Sequence record: OZ346158.1
Direction: 5' to 3' (one strand)
DNA length: 64,000 nt
Origin: a phage
Notes under the pieces: model-generated
Databases searched by the model: none
What the model saw: only the letters and a program-made list of their open reading frames with translations
Told to the model about the DNA's origin: nothing
Shown here: positions 28,592-37,690 of the stretch, piece after piece
Numbering within the stretch: position 1 is the first letter of the stretch
Layout: each line of letters opens with the position of its first letter
Program-made: the position numbers and the translations under genes

Positions 28592-28849
28592 CTAAACCAT
28601 AGCTTCAAAAGGAGTCATGAACGAATAAACGGCATCATCATCTGCTTCAGGGAATGCTCCCAAAGACTTCATATCTGAACCCTTGACAAATACAAGGTTT
28701 TGATCAAAGGCTTCTTGGGGGTCAATCCGATACATATTTCGTAGAATATCGCTTACCTCCTCATCAAGAGGTGAGTATGCTGTGCACGTTTTTCCGATCA
28801 AGCTTTGAGAATCAGGGTATCCACCTGAAGTTTTAAAATAAACAATCAT
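28592..28849 (-). CDS. hypothetical protein (possible distant member of small paralog family)
   Basis: 85-aa ORF. Confidence 0.45.
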   Translation of the reverse strand: MIVYFKTSGGYPDSQSLIGKTCTAYSPLDEEVSDILRNMYRIDPQEAFDQNLVFVKGSDMKSLGAFPEADDDAVYSFMTPFEAMV

Positions 28850-28940
28850 ATAGTATCACCTCTGGTAAGAGATTGGGATTCCTTTCCCACAAATAATTAC
28901 AAATCTTCCTTATCGAGGAAGTATGCTAATCCAAGCAGGA

Positions 28941-29210
28941 TTATTCCTCTACAATCTCATACACATCAGGAGTTACAATCAATTCTTCTCCGTTACCCGG
29001 TGCAACAAACACCACCAAACCTTCAGGTGTGTGCTTTTTAGCCATCTCGATAACATCTTCTCGCAGAGCTGGCTCCATCAGATCAAAACCTTCACCCAGG
29101 GCATCACGAACCACCTTCATATAGTCCACTGGTTGTGCTTCAACAATCATGCCTTCAACCAGTCCACAGTTTTTGTCTGCCAGCTCAGTTTTGAATAATT
29201 TAATTTTCAT
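28941..29210 (-). CDS. hypothetical protein, MK[VI]K-x-[LF] paralog family member
   Basis: Starts MKIKLF, ends EIVEE; RBS gaggag; family resemblance to 30467, 30711 and 34360 genes. Confidence 0.55.
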   Translation of the reverse strand: MKIKLFKTELADKNCGLVEGMIVEAQPVDYMKVVRDALGEGFDLMEPALREDVIEMAKKHTPEGLVVFVAPGNGEELIVTPDVYEIVEE

Positions 29211-29347
29211 TTAGAGGTCTCCTCAATTATTTGATATTAATAGCCGTAACCTAACACATTAACTACAACTGCGATTGCAAACATAATTTCAAAGCATGCA
29301 ATCTCTACATTTGGGACTAATTTCTTAATCACACCCATTGTAGCACC

Positions 29348-29665
29348 TCATTTTCCAAAGTCAATCTTTACTTTGCCTTTCCCCTTACCTTTCTTTCCAC
29401 CGCATTTAGCCAGCTGACGTGCTGCAACATCTACCATACGGTCAGTTGCCTCGTAAGCATCACTACCTTTAGCCTTGGCAATAACTTCTTTTCCAGAATT
29501 GTCAAAAATGAACGCCATAACTTCCTGGTGATCATTTTCAACTTTTACACTCACACGTGCATAGTTGGCAGAGGGGTGCAAACGCTCCAGTTTAGACATT
29601 TTGTTGGAAATGAAAGACACCATACCTTCAGTGATTTCTACGTTGCCAGTGATTTCAATTTGCAT
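29348..29665 (-). CDS. ribosome hibernation-promoting factor / RaiA (YfiA) family homolog
   Basis: MQIEITGNVEITEGM...KLERL...ARVSVK...D...ARQL parallels bacterial HPF/RaiA (MQLNITG...EITEAL...KLE...KHK) as recalled. Confidence 0.7.
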   Translation of the reverse strand: MQIEITGNVEITEGMVSFISNKMSKLERLHPSANYARVSVKVENDHQEVMAFIFDNSGKEVIAKAKGSDAYEATDRMVDVAARQLAKCGGKKGKGKGKVKIDFGK

Positions 29666-29747
29666 AACGTGTTCCTTTTAAAGAAGAGGGAACCAAACCC
29701 TCTTTGAAAACAATGATACTAAATCTGAAGCGTTGTGTCAACAGTTT

Positions 29748-30038
29748 TTACAGATTGTTGTCGATAGTTTTTAAAATATCCACAGCAAGATCTGCCATTT
29801 TTCGAACATACTCTGCAAACTCAACAGGATCCTTGATCAAAGAATTCACAGGGTCGTACCCTAGAGCGTTCAAAATGGCTGCAGCATCTACAACCTTCTC
29901 ATCATTTGCGAAGATCTCTCCATCAAACTTGTAGGTCCATTTTGAGTCAATCTTGGCAGGGAAGGATTGGTCAACGCTTGTTACACCATCCTTTTTAAAC
30001 GCTCCGGTGTTATCAGTGTCCAGAACTAAATCCATCAT
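29748..30038 (-). CDS. hypothetical protein
   Basis: 96-aa ORF. Confidence 0.5.
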   Translation of the reverse strand: MMDLVLDTDNTGAFKKDGVTSVDQSFPAKIDSKWTYKFDGEIFANDEKVVDAAAILNALGYDPVNSLIKDPVEFAEYVRKMADLAVDILKTIDNNL

Positions 30039-30055
30039 GTTAGTACCCCACTGTT

Positions 30056-30454
30056 TCAGTTTAGCTTTTCTTCAACAACCCCATAGCTCGGGACAGAGTC
30101 AAGAGCTTTCTGGTTTAAAAGTGGTGTAGCAGAATCTGCAAACGGTGTCCAAGTTTTTGTTCTGGCATTCCAGTAATGCTTCACTCTGGAATCTGGATGC
30201 ACTATAACAAAAACTTTTTCACTTGTCAACACATTAATTTCTTCTACACCCTTGCTGATAATTTCTCCGTCATAGCCCCCAGTCTGGTATCCTTCGTACC
30301 AGGTTCTTGCATAGGCATAGCCAGCTTGCCAGCATGCAGCCTCCTCCGAGGTGGAGACTACGTAGAAGTCTTTCTCAAATTCTGGAATACGCCCTTGCTT
30401 TATGCTCCAAGCTCCGCGAATTTTCATTGTAACTTTGAACAGTTTATTTTTCAC
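30056..30454 (-). CDS. hypothetical protein
   Basis: 132-aa ORF. Confidence 0.5.
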   Translation of the reverse strand: MKNKLFKVTMKIRGAWSIKQGRIPEFEKDFYVVSTSEEAACWQAGYAYARTWYEGYQTGGYDGEIISKGVEEINVLTSEKVFVIVHPDSRVKHYWNARTKTWTPFADSATPLLNQKALDSVPSYGVVEEKLN

Positions 30455-30466
30455 AACGGTTACCCA

Positions 30467-30721
30467 TCACAGCTCTACAATATTTGCATCTGACCCTACC
30501 CCAAAGGCATAATAGGACTCTTCCCCGAAATAATATTCAGGTGCACCAGCGGTGATCAGGTCTGCTCCTAAGATAAACACTACGTTGTGGCCTACATAAC
30601 TGTGATGTTGCCGAACAGGATCATCCCACGGCAACCCTTCAAAGTATACCGCAGGAACGACCTTTCCCTTCAGGAAGGATTGTCCCAAGTAGACGTTAGA
30701 ATCAAGAATTTTAACCTTCAT
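30467..30721 (-). CDS. hypothetical protein, MKVK-x-L paralog family member
   Basis: MKVKILDSNVYLGQ...GADLITAGA...IVEL. Confidence 0.55.
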   Translation of the reverse strand: MKVKILDSNVYLGQSFLKGKVVPAVYFEGLPWDDPVRQHHSYVGHNVVFILGADLITAGAPEYYFGEESYYAFGVGSDANIVEL

Positions 30722-30938
30722 GATTGTCCTCCACTATCTCTACATCCTCACCTAGGGCAAAGTTGTAGGTCCACTGACTGTCAAAGCATTCCTGAGATGC
30801 ACCAGCGGCAATAAGATCTGCCCCTTTTATTTTTAAAAGGTCGGGGTAATCTTCGTTAGGGACAGCAGTAAACACTTTCCCCACTAAGGGCTCCTGACCA
30901 ATATAGAAGCTCGAATCTAAAACTTTAACTTTCATCAA
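30711..30938 (-). CDS. hypothetical protein, MKVK-x-L paralog family member
   Basis: MMKVKVLDSSFYIGQ...KGADLIAAGA...EIVED. Confidence 0.55.
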   Translation of the reverse strand: MMKVKVLDSSFYIGQEPLVGKVFTAVPNEDYPDLLKIKGADLIAAGASQECFDSQWTYNFALGEDVEIVEDNHEG

Positions 30939-31222
30939 CGGTCTCCATCAGGTGGTTGTGGGACGTAAACACTGTTACGAATATCGTCCGCAGTATAGTA
31001 ATAAGTGTCTCCAACCCTATCTCTGGCTGCAATGTACTCTGCTATACCAATAAGTGCCATTGATTTGGTGGCGTATCTTCCCCACTCGTTAGCTCCCCAG
31101 TAGAATTTAGACCAGTAAGGAATAAGACCGAACAAATATACCTTTTGACGAACTTCCCAGTAAGTGCCTTTTCCGACAAGTTTAAACTCGACTTCACTAC
31201 TGTTAATCTTTTTCATTATCAA
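30935..31222 (-). CDS. hypothetical protein
   Basis: 95-aa ORF in overlapping-stop chain. Confidence 0.5.
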   Translation of the reverse strand: MIMKKINSSEVEFKLVGKGTYWEVRQKVYLFGLIPYWSKFYWGANEWGRYATKSMALIGIAEYIAARDRVGDTYYYTADDIRNSVYVPQPPDGDR

Positions 31223-31515
31223 TCTCCCTCTACCGTGGTAGGATTGTCAGTAAGAAATTGAGCATTGGCTGGAGGCACGCCTGACATTTTCCACACAACC
31301 ATAAGTTTGTAACCAGGCACTCTATTAAGTGCAGATCGAGTAGAGTTTGTGCACGTATACTTTCGCTTTCCAAACCCGTTCTCCATCATAATCCAGTACC
31401 CAGTATCTTTGTCACCAGGTATCGGTAGACCACCTTCATCAACCCACTGAATGGACCACGGCACGATGGCTACAGCTTTATATTTAAACTTTTTAAACCA
31501 CTCAAAAAGTTTCAT
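31219..31515 (-). CDS. hypothetical protein
   Basis: 98-aa ORF. Confidence 0.5.
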   Translation of the reverse strand: MKLFEWFKKFKYKAVAIVPWSIQWVDEGGLPIPGDKDTGYWIMMENGFGKRKYTCTNSTRSALNRVPGYKLMVVWKMSGVPPANAQFLTDNPTTVEGD

Positions 31516-31610
31516 AATTCAGCCTCGCATAGACATAATCACTATAAACAGGCAAACAATGAATCCGAATGCCACGCCACCCATAAACGTTAATATTGAT
31601 GCAATCATAG

Positions 31611-31796
31611 TCAATCAGCCTCGCTTGGCAACTCTTCTACCTTAACATGCCGAAAAGTGTTACCGTAATGGTTGATCCATGACATCAGCTCGCTTTCTTG
31701 CTCTTCCTCTGGGATGAACTCTCGAATGCTGACAAGTTTTAAGAAAACCCAATCACAATCTGCACCCATTCTACCAGACAGGCAATAGTGCTTCAT
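31611..31796 (-). CDS. hypothetical protein
   Basis: 61-aa ORF. Confidence 0.4.
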   Translation of the reverse strand: MKHYCLSGRMGADCDWVFLKLVSIREFIPEEEQESELMSWINHYGNTFRHVKVEELPSEAD

Positions 31797-31814
31797 AAAA
31801 CCCTCCCGCCTGGT

Positions 31815-32009
31815 TTAGAATATTGCTTCTTCCATTGCGCCTGAGAGCAACAAAGAGGTGATCTGGCTAACATTCATCTCAGACTCTACTTCCTCCCCTT
31901 TGAAAGGTTCGCGGCAGAATAGGACTGTTTCAGGACTTTTACTTCGAACAATATAATACAAATCATTCAATGTGTTGTAGTAATAAGTGTTAAAACGTAA
32001 GTTTTTCAT
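31815..32009 (-). CDS. hypothetical protein
   Basis: 64-aa ORF. Confidence 0.4.
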   Translation of the reverse strand: MKNLRFNTYYYNTLNDLYYIVRSKSPETVLFCREPFKGEEVESEMNVSQITSLLLSGAMEEAIF

Positions 32010-32293
32010 TTTCTAGTCCTCTTCTTAGATTTTTGGGGAGAAACGCTTTCTGCAATACGAGACAGACGTTCTTCTGAAGCCTTACCTACTCCAGGTTTTT
32101 TGAGTGGATTATCTTTATGACCACAATCCAACTGGATATTGGATACCTCTCCAACTTTGTAAGTCAATTCTAGCAAAAGGTTGTCGTCCTTGTCAAATGT
32201 TTTTACGATAAATTTTTTATCGTTCTCCTGAACTTCATATCTGGTACCTGCAGTATACAGCATGGTGCCATCAGCATAGGATATCCAAATCAT
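32006..32293 (-). CDS. hypothetical protein
   Basis: 95-aa ORF, start/stop overlap with neighbours. Confidence 0.5.
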   Translation of the reverse strand: MIWISYADGTMLYTAGTRYEVQENDKKFIVKTFDKDDNLLLELTYKVGEVSNIQLDCGHKDNPLKKPGVGKASEERLSRIAESVSPQKSKKRTRK

Positions 32294-32637
32294 TGAGCCT
32301 CCTTTTGCTGCAACAGCATTAACTCTTTGTTAGAAATCTTTACTGCTGTTTTTATTGTTCCATCTTCACGAAACCACGACCAGAACTCTACAGTGTCACC
32401 ACTATCAAGTAAAGCATGCCCATGGTAAAAATCTTTGTCCTTAGACAGTTTCTCATCTATATCTGCATCAACACATTCGTGATCCATAGCATTTTGCCTG
32501 AACGCATCGGTTATGCCAATGCACGCCTTGCTCTCAAGACTGGTATATCCGATATCTTTTAATTCAGTTTCCCAAGTCCAGTACCCTATAAAAGCTAAAA
32601 CAGCTACCCACAGTAATAACGTTTTAATCTTTGGCAT
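32290..32637 (-). CDS. hypothetical protein with N-terminal signal/TM segment
   Basis: MPKIKTLLLWVAVLAFIGYWTW hydrophobic N-terminus. Confidence 0.5.
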   Translation of the reverse strand: MPKIKTLLLWVAVLAFIGYWTWETELKDIGYTSLESKACIGITDAFRQNAMDHECVDADIDEKLSKDKDFYHGHALLDSGDTVEFWSWFREDGTIKTAVKISNKELMLLQQKEAQ

Positions 32638-32699
32638 TCTCTCTACCTCTTTCTTAGTTTATTTCACTATGGCACATCCTTTGTGCCATATCTCAACTA

Positions 32700-33170
32700 C
32701 TACTTAAATAGTAGTTCAAAATAGTGCAAAATTAACAGAAGTTGAACTACACCTAGTGCAACGGCGAGTATGTTAATCTTAGAATCGAAAAACTTCTTAA
32801 CTTTTACTCTAAAAGGTTCCTTAATGTCCTTTACGATCCTATCTATAGATGACCTCATATCTCTGATTACCATCCTGAACATTAAAGACGGATGCTCCCC
32901 CATCTCTGTAACGGAATCGAAAACATACTCTCTTCGGTCATAAGGGCCGCCAGCTCTGCGTATTAACCTCTCCACAGAGACCTCGAACGTCACACCTGTA
33001 ACGTAATCATCTATAACAAGTCGTGACGGGTCTTTACCTTTACTGTCAAGAGGTATCAAAGTTATCTTTCCAGATTTTGTTAAAATTTCCCCTTTTTCAA
33101 GCAAGGTGTACCAATGCTCTCTGCCAAGACTGTTGAGGCACGTTTTTACATATTTAACAAACATCGTCAC
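32700..33170 (-). CDS. hypothetical protein with C-terminal TM segment
   Basis: 156 aa; C-terminal LAVALGVVQLLLILHYF. Confidence 0.5.
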   Translation of the reverse strand: MTMFVKYVKTCLNSLGREHWYTLLEKGEILTKSGKITLIPLDSKGKDPSRLVIDDYVTGVTFEVSVERLIRRAGGPYDRREYVFDSVTEMGEHPSLMFRMVIRDMRSSIDRIVKDIKEPFRVKVKKFFDSKINILAVALGVVQLLLILHYFELLFK

Positions 33171-33370
33171 CCCTCATCACACGTCTGATATAACCACTCT
33201 ATGAAATCTTGATACCATTCGCCCTCTGAGCGCTCCGTAGGCCAATAATCTTCACCCTCTCGTGCATTAAAATCTGAGTATTCAACTTTCCACTCCTTTA
33301 CCAGCTCGTGGAGAAGGTTTTCAGCCTGTTCTAAAGATTTATTTTTTACCATTGCTGTCTCCTTTTTCAA
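33167..33370 (-). CDS. hypothetical protein
   Basis: 67-aa ORF; a likely ATG start lies a few codons in, after aaaaaggagaca. Confidence 0.45.
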   Translation of the reverse strand: MKKETAMVKNKSLEQAENLLHELVKEWKVEYSDFNAREGEDYWPTERSEGEWYQDFIEWLYQTCDEG

Positions 33371-33571
33371 GATAGTTATACATCAGAACTGCACCACCTA
33401 AGATGGCTACCAGTAACAATATCCCAGATAGCATCTCAATAAACATGGCTTGAAACACTGGAAGGTCTCCCTAAATTAACGCACCATTTTAAATACATGC
33501 TCTTTTCCCATAAAGGTGCCTGGCTAAGATCTGCGTAGAACGCAATCTCTTTAAGAACAGTATAGATAGTT

Positions 33572-33799
33572 TTAGGTGCGGTCTCCATCCCTACTCTCCT
33601 TCCTGATATTCTTGTAGTAATCAACTAGGCACATTATTACGATGAAGATAACAACAGGCCAAAAAGGTGCAGCAGTGATGATGGTGATAAAATCATCAAA
33701 CTTCACCCTTCGTCTGGACACGATGCATACACCTGTCAAGAATACCGCTGTTATAACGGACATTACCAGGTAACCTATTAGCACAACATTTATACTCAT
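33572..33799 (-). CDS. hypothetical small membrane protein (2 TM)
   Basis: Two hydrophobic helices (VVLIGYLVMSVITAVFLTGVCIV, AAPFWPVVIFIVIMCLV). Confidence 0.5.
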   Translation of the reverse strand: MSINVVLIGYLVMSVITAVFLTGVCIVSRRRVKFDDFITIITAAPFWPVVIFIVIMCLVDYYKNIRKESRDGDRT

Positions 33800-33829
33800 T
33801 GGTCCTCCCTTTGTAGGTTAAATTGTATA

Positions 33830-34363
33830 CTACAAATGGTCGCTGAGGGTGTCAAGAAAATTATCCCGTTCTTTCTCAGAGTTTTCATGTGTGTAGCTGA
33901 AAAACATATCGAGAATAACCTTATTGATATATTCCAGCTCCTCTGTGTTCAGATGCTTAGCAGGATCTACAATGACATCCCAAATATCATACAGACCACA
34001 CTCATGATACCCATAACGCCACTCAATTGTCAAGCTGAGCGGCAAATCTTTACCTTCACAAACAACCTTCCATCTACATATGTTGGTATCTGGTCGTACC
34101 TGTGCACGGTACACCTGCACAAAATCCAATTTGAATTTGAGGTACTCGTCATACAATTTAAGCACAAAGCTCTCGATTTGTGGAGACACTTTTGCAGCAA
34201 ACTGTGCGTATTTGTACTTGCACTGGATGATCTTTCTGCGTTTTGCAGTTAAATTTTTTGCCGCCAGTTGTTCTTCAGTGTATCTCCACCTACGATCAAC
34301 AAACGCAACAGGGTCTTTGTCCCCATAGAGGTCTTCCCAGTTAATCAGAAGCATACCTGTCAC
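33830..34363 (-). CDS. hypothetical protein
   Basis: 177-aa ORF. Confidence 0.55.
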   Translation of the reverse strand: MTGMLLINWEDLYGDKDPVAFVDRRWRYTEEQLAAKNLTAKRRKIIQCKYKYAQFAAKVSPQIESFVLKLYDEYLKFKLDFVQVYRAQVRPDTNICRWKVVCEGKDLPLSLTIEWRYGYHECGLYDIWDVIVDPAKHLNTEELEYINKVILDMFFSYTHENSEKERDNFLDTLSDHL

Positions 34364-34593
34364 TCCTCCACAACTTCAAGGCCTTTACCGCCTCGCTCTG
34401 GCAGATTACTTAAAGATAGGTAATACATATAATCAGGAGAGATCCTGCCAGACTCTGCACCTGCAGCTAGTAAATCCTTCCCTTTAACCAGGACAACATT
34501 CTCGTTTGCAGATAGCCGTTTTGCTTCCACAATTTTACCAACACAGTCAACCAAGGAAGGGTACCCTAAATCTGTAAGAAATTTAACTTTCAT
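34360..34593 (-). CDS. hypothetical protein, MKVK-x-L paralog family member
   Basis: MKVKFLTDLGYPSL...KGKDLLAAGA...EVVEE. Confidence 0.55.
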   Translation of the reverse strand: MKVKFLTDLGYPSLVDCVGKIVEAKRLSANENVVLVKGKDLLAAGAESGRISPDYMYYLSLSNLPERGGKGLEVVEE

Positions 34594-34630
34594 GCTACCT
34601 CCTACCTACCGTCCCTGGTAAGATAAATTA

Positions 34631-35029
34631 TTACTGAACAGAGCGCGGTGCTGGGAAGGATAACTCTTCTAAAGAGAAGATTTCATTTCCTACCACCCAA
34701 GTTGCTGGGTCATCTGGATCAACAGGTTGGATAATCATTACCTCATCCGCCTCGCACACACGTTTCCCACCCATAGTAGCGTCAGCCACTAACATACGCG
34801 GCTCTTCAGAAATGCACAGGTAGCCACCTCGGCCCACTGTTCCTTCCACGGGATCCTGCCCTTTGACCACAATGAATACCTTCTCTCCTGTGGAGATATT
34901 ACTTTTCACACTAACAGTTTGACCAACTTTAGATGTACCGATCTTGGTGGCTTCAAACATTAAATCCCGAATTACTGTTGCATAGTTGCCGGACACTTTC
35001 TTACCTTCTTTAGTAATCTCAATCTTCAT
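34631..35029 (-). CDS. hypothetical protein
   Basis: 132-aa ORF. Confidence 0.5.
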   Translation of the reverse strand: MKIEITKEGKKVSGNYATVIRDLMFEATKIGTSKVGQTVSVKSNISTGEKVFIVVKGQDPVEGTVGRGGYLCISEEPRMLVADATMGGKRVCEADEVMIIQPVDPDDPATWVVGNEIFSLEELSFPAPRSVQ

Positions 35030-35301
35030 AATCTAGGCTCCTTAAATGAATCTATGTAATCAATTAAATCCCAAGCATCGCGATGGGCTGTCAGAGGGTA
35101 TACTTCTCCGAGAGGGATCATAGCAATAAGTCTATCAAAAACCCAGTCTGGACGCAACATTTTATGGTGATATTCCCACTCACCTTCCACAGATTTTTTC
35201 TGAGTGATCAGGATCTCTGTGTAGTGTTTCGCCTGTCTTGAGTAGATTGAAAATGACTTGTACATAAATGACCCCCTCTTGTTGAAAACAACAATACACA
35301 A
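35026..35301 (-). CDS. hypothetical protein
   Basis: 91-aa ORF. Confidence 0.5.
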   Translation of the reverse strand: MCIVVFNKRGSFMYKSFSIYSRQAKHYTEILITQKKSVEGEWEYHHKMLRPDWVFDRLIAMIPLGEVYPLTAHRDAWDLIDYIDSFKEPRL

Positions 35302-35616
35302 CTACCAGGTTACTGTCAAGTAGGCAACCGTATTATTTTTCTCTGGGGAGATGCCAACAACATCTACCTGCAGACCTCCTGCCCTTAAATCTCCAACAAT
35401 GTGCGGGAAGTAATCTGAGAGATGCGAGGGTAGATTTATCGAAAATCCGCACCCCAGAAAGCCTGCTAACGCTTTATTTTGTATCTCCCCTACAATCGCA
35501 TCATAAATGGAGTTAAGCTCGTCAGGGAGCGTTACAGGGCGTTTTAGCGCTAGCTGGTGTAATTTGTCCTTAGCACTCATTTTCATTTCAGGTCTACCTC
35601 TGGGGGTGCCAACCAC
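35302..35616 (-). CDS. hypothetical protein (start probably internal, near 35586)
   Basis: ORF overlaps upstream gene by about 34 nt; internal Met codons available. Confidence 0.45.
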   Translation of the reverse strand: MVGTPRGRPEMKMSAKDKLHQLALKRPVTLPDELNSIYDAIVGEIQNKALAGFLGCGFSINLPSHLSDYFPHIVGDLRAGGLQVDVVGISPEKNNTVAYLTVTW

Positions 35617-36116
35617 ATAAACGGCGGCAAGTCTAAACGGTTTTTCTTATCCCACACAAAATATGCATATGCTTGCCCGTCAGTTCTGCCGTTTGATTGA
35701 AATGATGGACGCTTAGATATTGTGATCACAGTAGTAGGTGCATTATCAAGCCACCATTCAAATCTGGCTTTGCTTTCCAGAAAATTAAGACGCAAAAGCA
35801 TAATAACTACGTCAGCATCTTTCAACGCCTTGTCTACAAACTCACGAGCCAGGCTGTATGGTGGGTTGGTGATAATACAGTCAACATGGTTGTATTCTGT
35901 ATTCAGATAGTCAACACCTTCTTGTATTTCTCCCCATGCAGATCCTAACGGCATACGGGAGTAGAACACACCTGAGGCACTATTCCTGCAAGGCTCTAAG
36001 TAGGTCCAGTCTTCTGGGAACGGAATAAGGTCATACAGCCCTTCTGCACACCACTCCGGTGTCACATACTCATCGTAGGCGTTACGTTGTTCATCAGGTT
36101 TTCTAGCACAAGTCAT
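35583..36116 (-). CDS. DNA N6-adenine methyltransferase (small phage Dam-like)
   Basis: IITNPPYS (motif IV NPPY) and LEPCRNSASGVF (AdoMet-binding region). Confidence 0.7.
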   Translation of the reverse strand: MTCARKPDEQRNAYDEYVTPEWCAEGLYDLIPFPEDWTYLEPCRNSASGVFYSRMPLGSAWGEIQEGVDYLNTEYNHVDCIITNPPYSLAREFVDKALKDADVVIMLLRLNFLESKARFEWWLDNAPTTVITISKRPSFQSNGRTDGQAYAYFVWDKKNRLDLPPFMWLAPPEVDLK

Positions 36117-36167
36117 GCAAATCTCCAGATCATAAAAGCCCTCCGAAGAGGGCTTTAGAATTAATGT

Positions 36168-37217
36168 TTAAGCTTCTTCGACAATTCCTGCACCCAGGAT
36201 TTTTTCATTGAGCTCTTTTGCTGTTTTAATAATATTGTCCACCAGACGCTTGCGAGTCTTATCTTTCACCTTAACCTCTTCACCGCCGTTCAGAGTAGTC
36301 TTCAATTGAGACAGAATATCCTGAAGTTCAACGACAGAGAATCTCTGCAGATCTTCTGAAGTAATCTCACTCAGGGCAATTCTGACGGTCTCGCCACTTT
36401 CCATCTGCAGATTCAGGAACACAGTGTGAACATCACCTTTCGAACCACCCGCTTTTGCAGATTCAACAGCATGAACTAACTCATCTAAAGATGTGCACTG
36501 GTGAATCTCCGGAAGACCTGCTTCACCTAACACGCCTTCTTCATCACCTTTTGCCAGAAGCTTTTTCGGTTTTTGTCCGTTCTGGATGCGTTGTATGTTG
36601 CCTTCATCCAGAATAATAGCTCCAGTGCGTGCTGCCAGCTCTTCTCCGTCCAACCACACTTCGCCACCAGCTGTGATGGATGCGATCTCATCTTCTGTCA
36701 GCACCCCACCGTAGTATTTTTCGATCAGGCGTTCAAAACGTTTTTTCCAGTAGCTGACCTGAGTATTCATGTTCACACCGTTACCATAAGTGCCACCTTG
36801 ATAGTAGTGGAACATAAACTCTGTGTCCGGAGCCACAGTACGTTCTTTACAACCAAGCCATAAGATTGTTCCAGCAGAGCAGCACATCCCTTCAGCATGT
36901 GCAACAACGCTTGCCTGAGACTCTCGGAATGCCTGCAGATAAGCCATTGCAATGTGCACGCAACCCCCAGGACTATTGATGATCACCCGAATGCTTTCTT
37001 CCGGCTGAGCCATACGGATCGTCTGCAGACGAGACATATGATCTTGTAAGTCTTCCAAATCGTCGATATAAAGAACGTGGTCAACAACAGGTGTTGGGTA
37101 GCTGTATGTTTCCATGATACCGCCCGGCATACCGAACATTTTATTACTCATAGGTTCGAAACCGTTCTGTTTTTCTTTCATGCCGTGTACCATGGTTCTG
37201 CGAGGTGTTAAATTCAT
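36168..37217 (-). CDS. ClpP-like serine protease
   Basis: IINSPGG and GMCCSAGTIL match ClpP catalytic-region motifs (INSPGG ... G-x-AAS-x-G); long C-terminal extension. Confidence 0.7.
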   Translation of the reverse strand: MNLTPRRTMVHGMKEKQNGFEPMSNKMFGMPGGIMETYSYPTPVVDHVLYIDDLEDLQDHMSRLQTIRMAQPEESIRVIINSPGGCVHIAMAYLQAFRESQASVVAHAEGMCCSAGTILWLGCKERTVAPDTEFMFHYYQGGTYGNGVNMNTQVSYWKKRFERLIEKYYGGVLTEDEIASITAGGEVWLDGEELAARTGAIILDEGNIQRIQNGQKPKKLLAKGDEEGVLGEAGLPEIHQCTSLDELVHAVESAKAGGSKGDVHTVFLNLQMESGETVRIALSEITSEDLQRFSVVELQDILSQLKTTLNGGEEVKVKDKTRKRLVDNIIKTAKELNEKILGAGIVEEA

Positions 37218-37277
37218 GAGAAATCCTTAATATTGGAAGTTGAAAGCTATTTATTTAAACCTGATTCACATTTACCT

Positions 37278-37589
37278 TTATTTAGCAATCACTATGGAAT
37301 ACTTACGATTGTCAGAAGCATCACAACTCAATGATTGCCAGTCTACCACATACCACGTATCATTGTCAACAATTACTTTATCGCCTGTTCTGTAGCAAGT
37401 GCTGCTTTCAATAATTCGAGACTCGATAAAGAATCTGTGTCGGCGCTCACGTAGCAACGCTAAGTTAATTATATTACCACCGCTGTCCTTGGTCCACACA
37501 TTCTTGGATCCCTTATTTGCCAAAATTGTCTCGCCGTTATAGACAAACAGGCAGTATATTTTATTCAGTTTCTCTTGTATTGTAGCCAT
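37278..37589 (-). CDS. hypothetical protein
   Basis: 103-aa ORF. Confidence 0.5.
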   Translation of the reverse strand: MATIQEKLNKIYCLFVYNGETILANKGSKNVWTKDSGGNIINLALLRERRHRFFIESRIIESSTCYRTGDKVIVDNDTWYVVDWQSLSCDASDNRKYSIVIAK

Positions 37590-37690
37590 ACTGTCCTTCT
37601 CTCTGTTTTGTCCGATAATAATATCTAAAGCTTACCTATTTGTCAACAACTGTTTTAGATATTTAAGGGTGGAATAACCACCCTTCTGTA

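Noticed and set aside
36573-36863. 96-aa + strand ORF
   Set aside because: Antisense to the ClpP-like protease gene; no motif or RBS.
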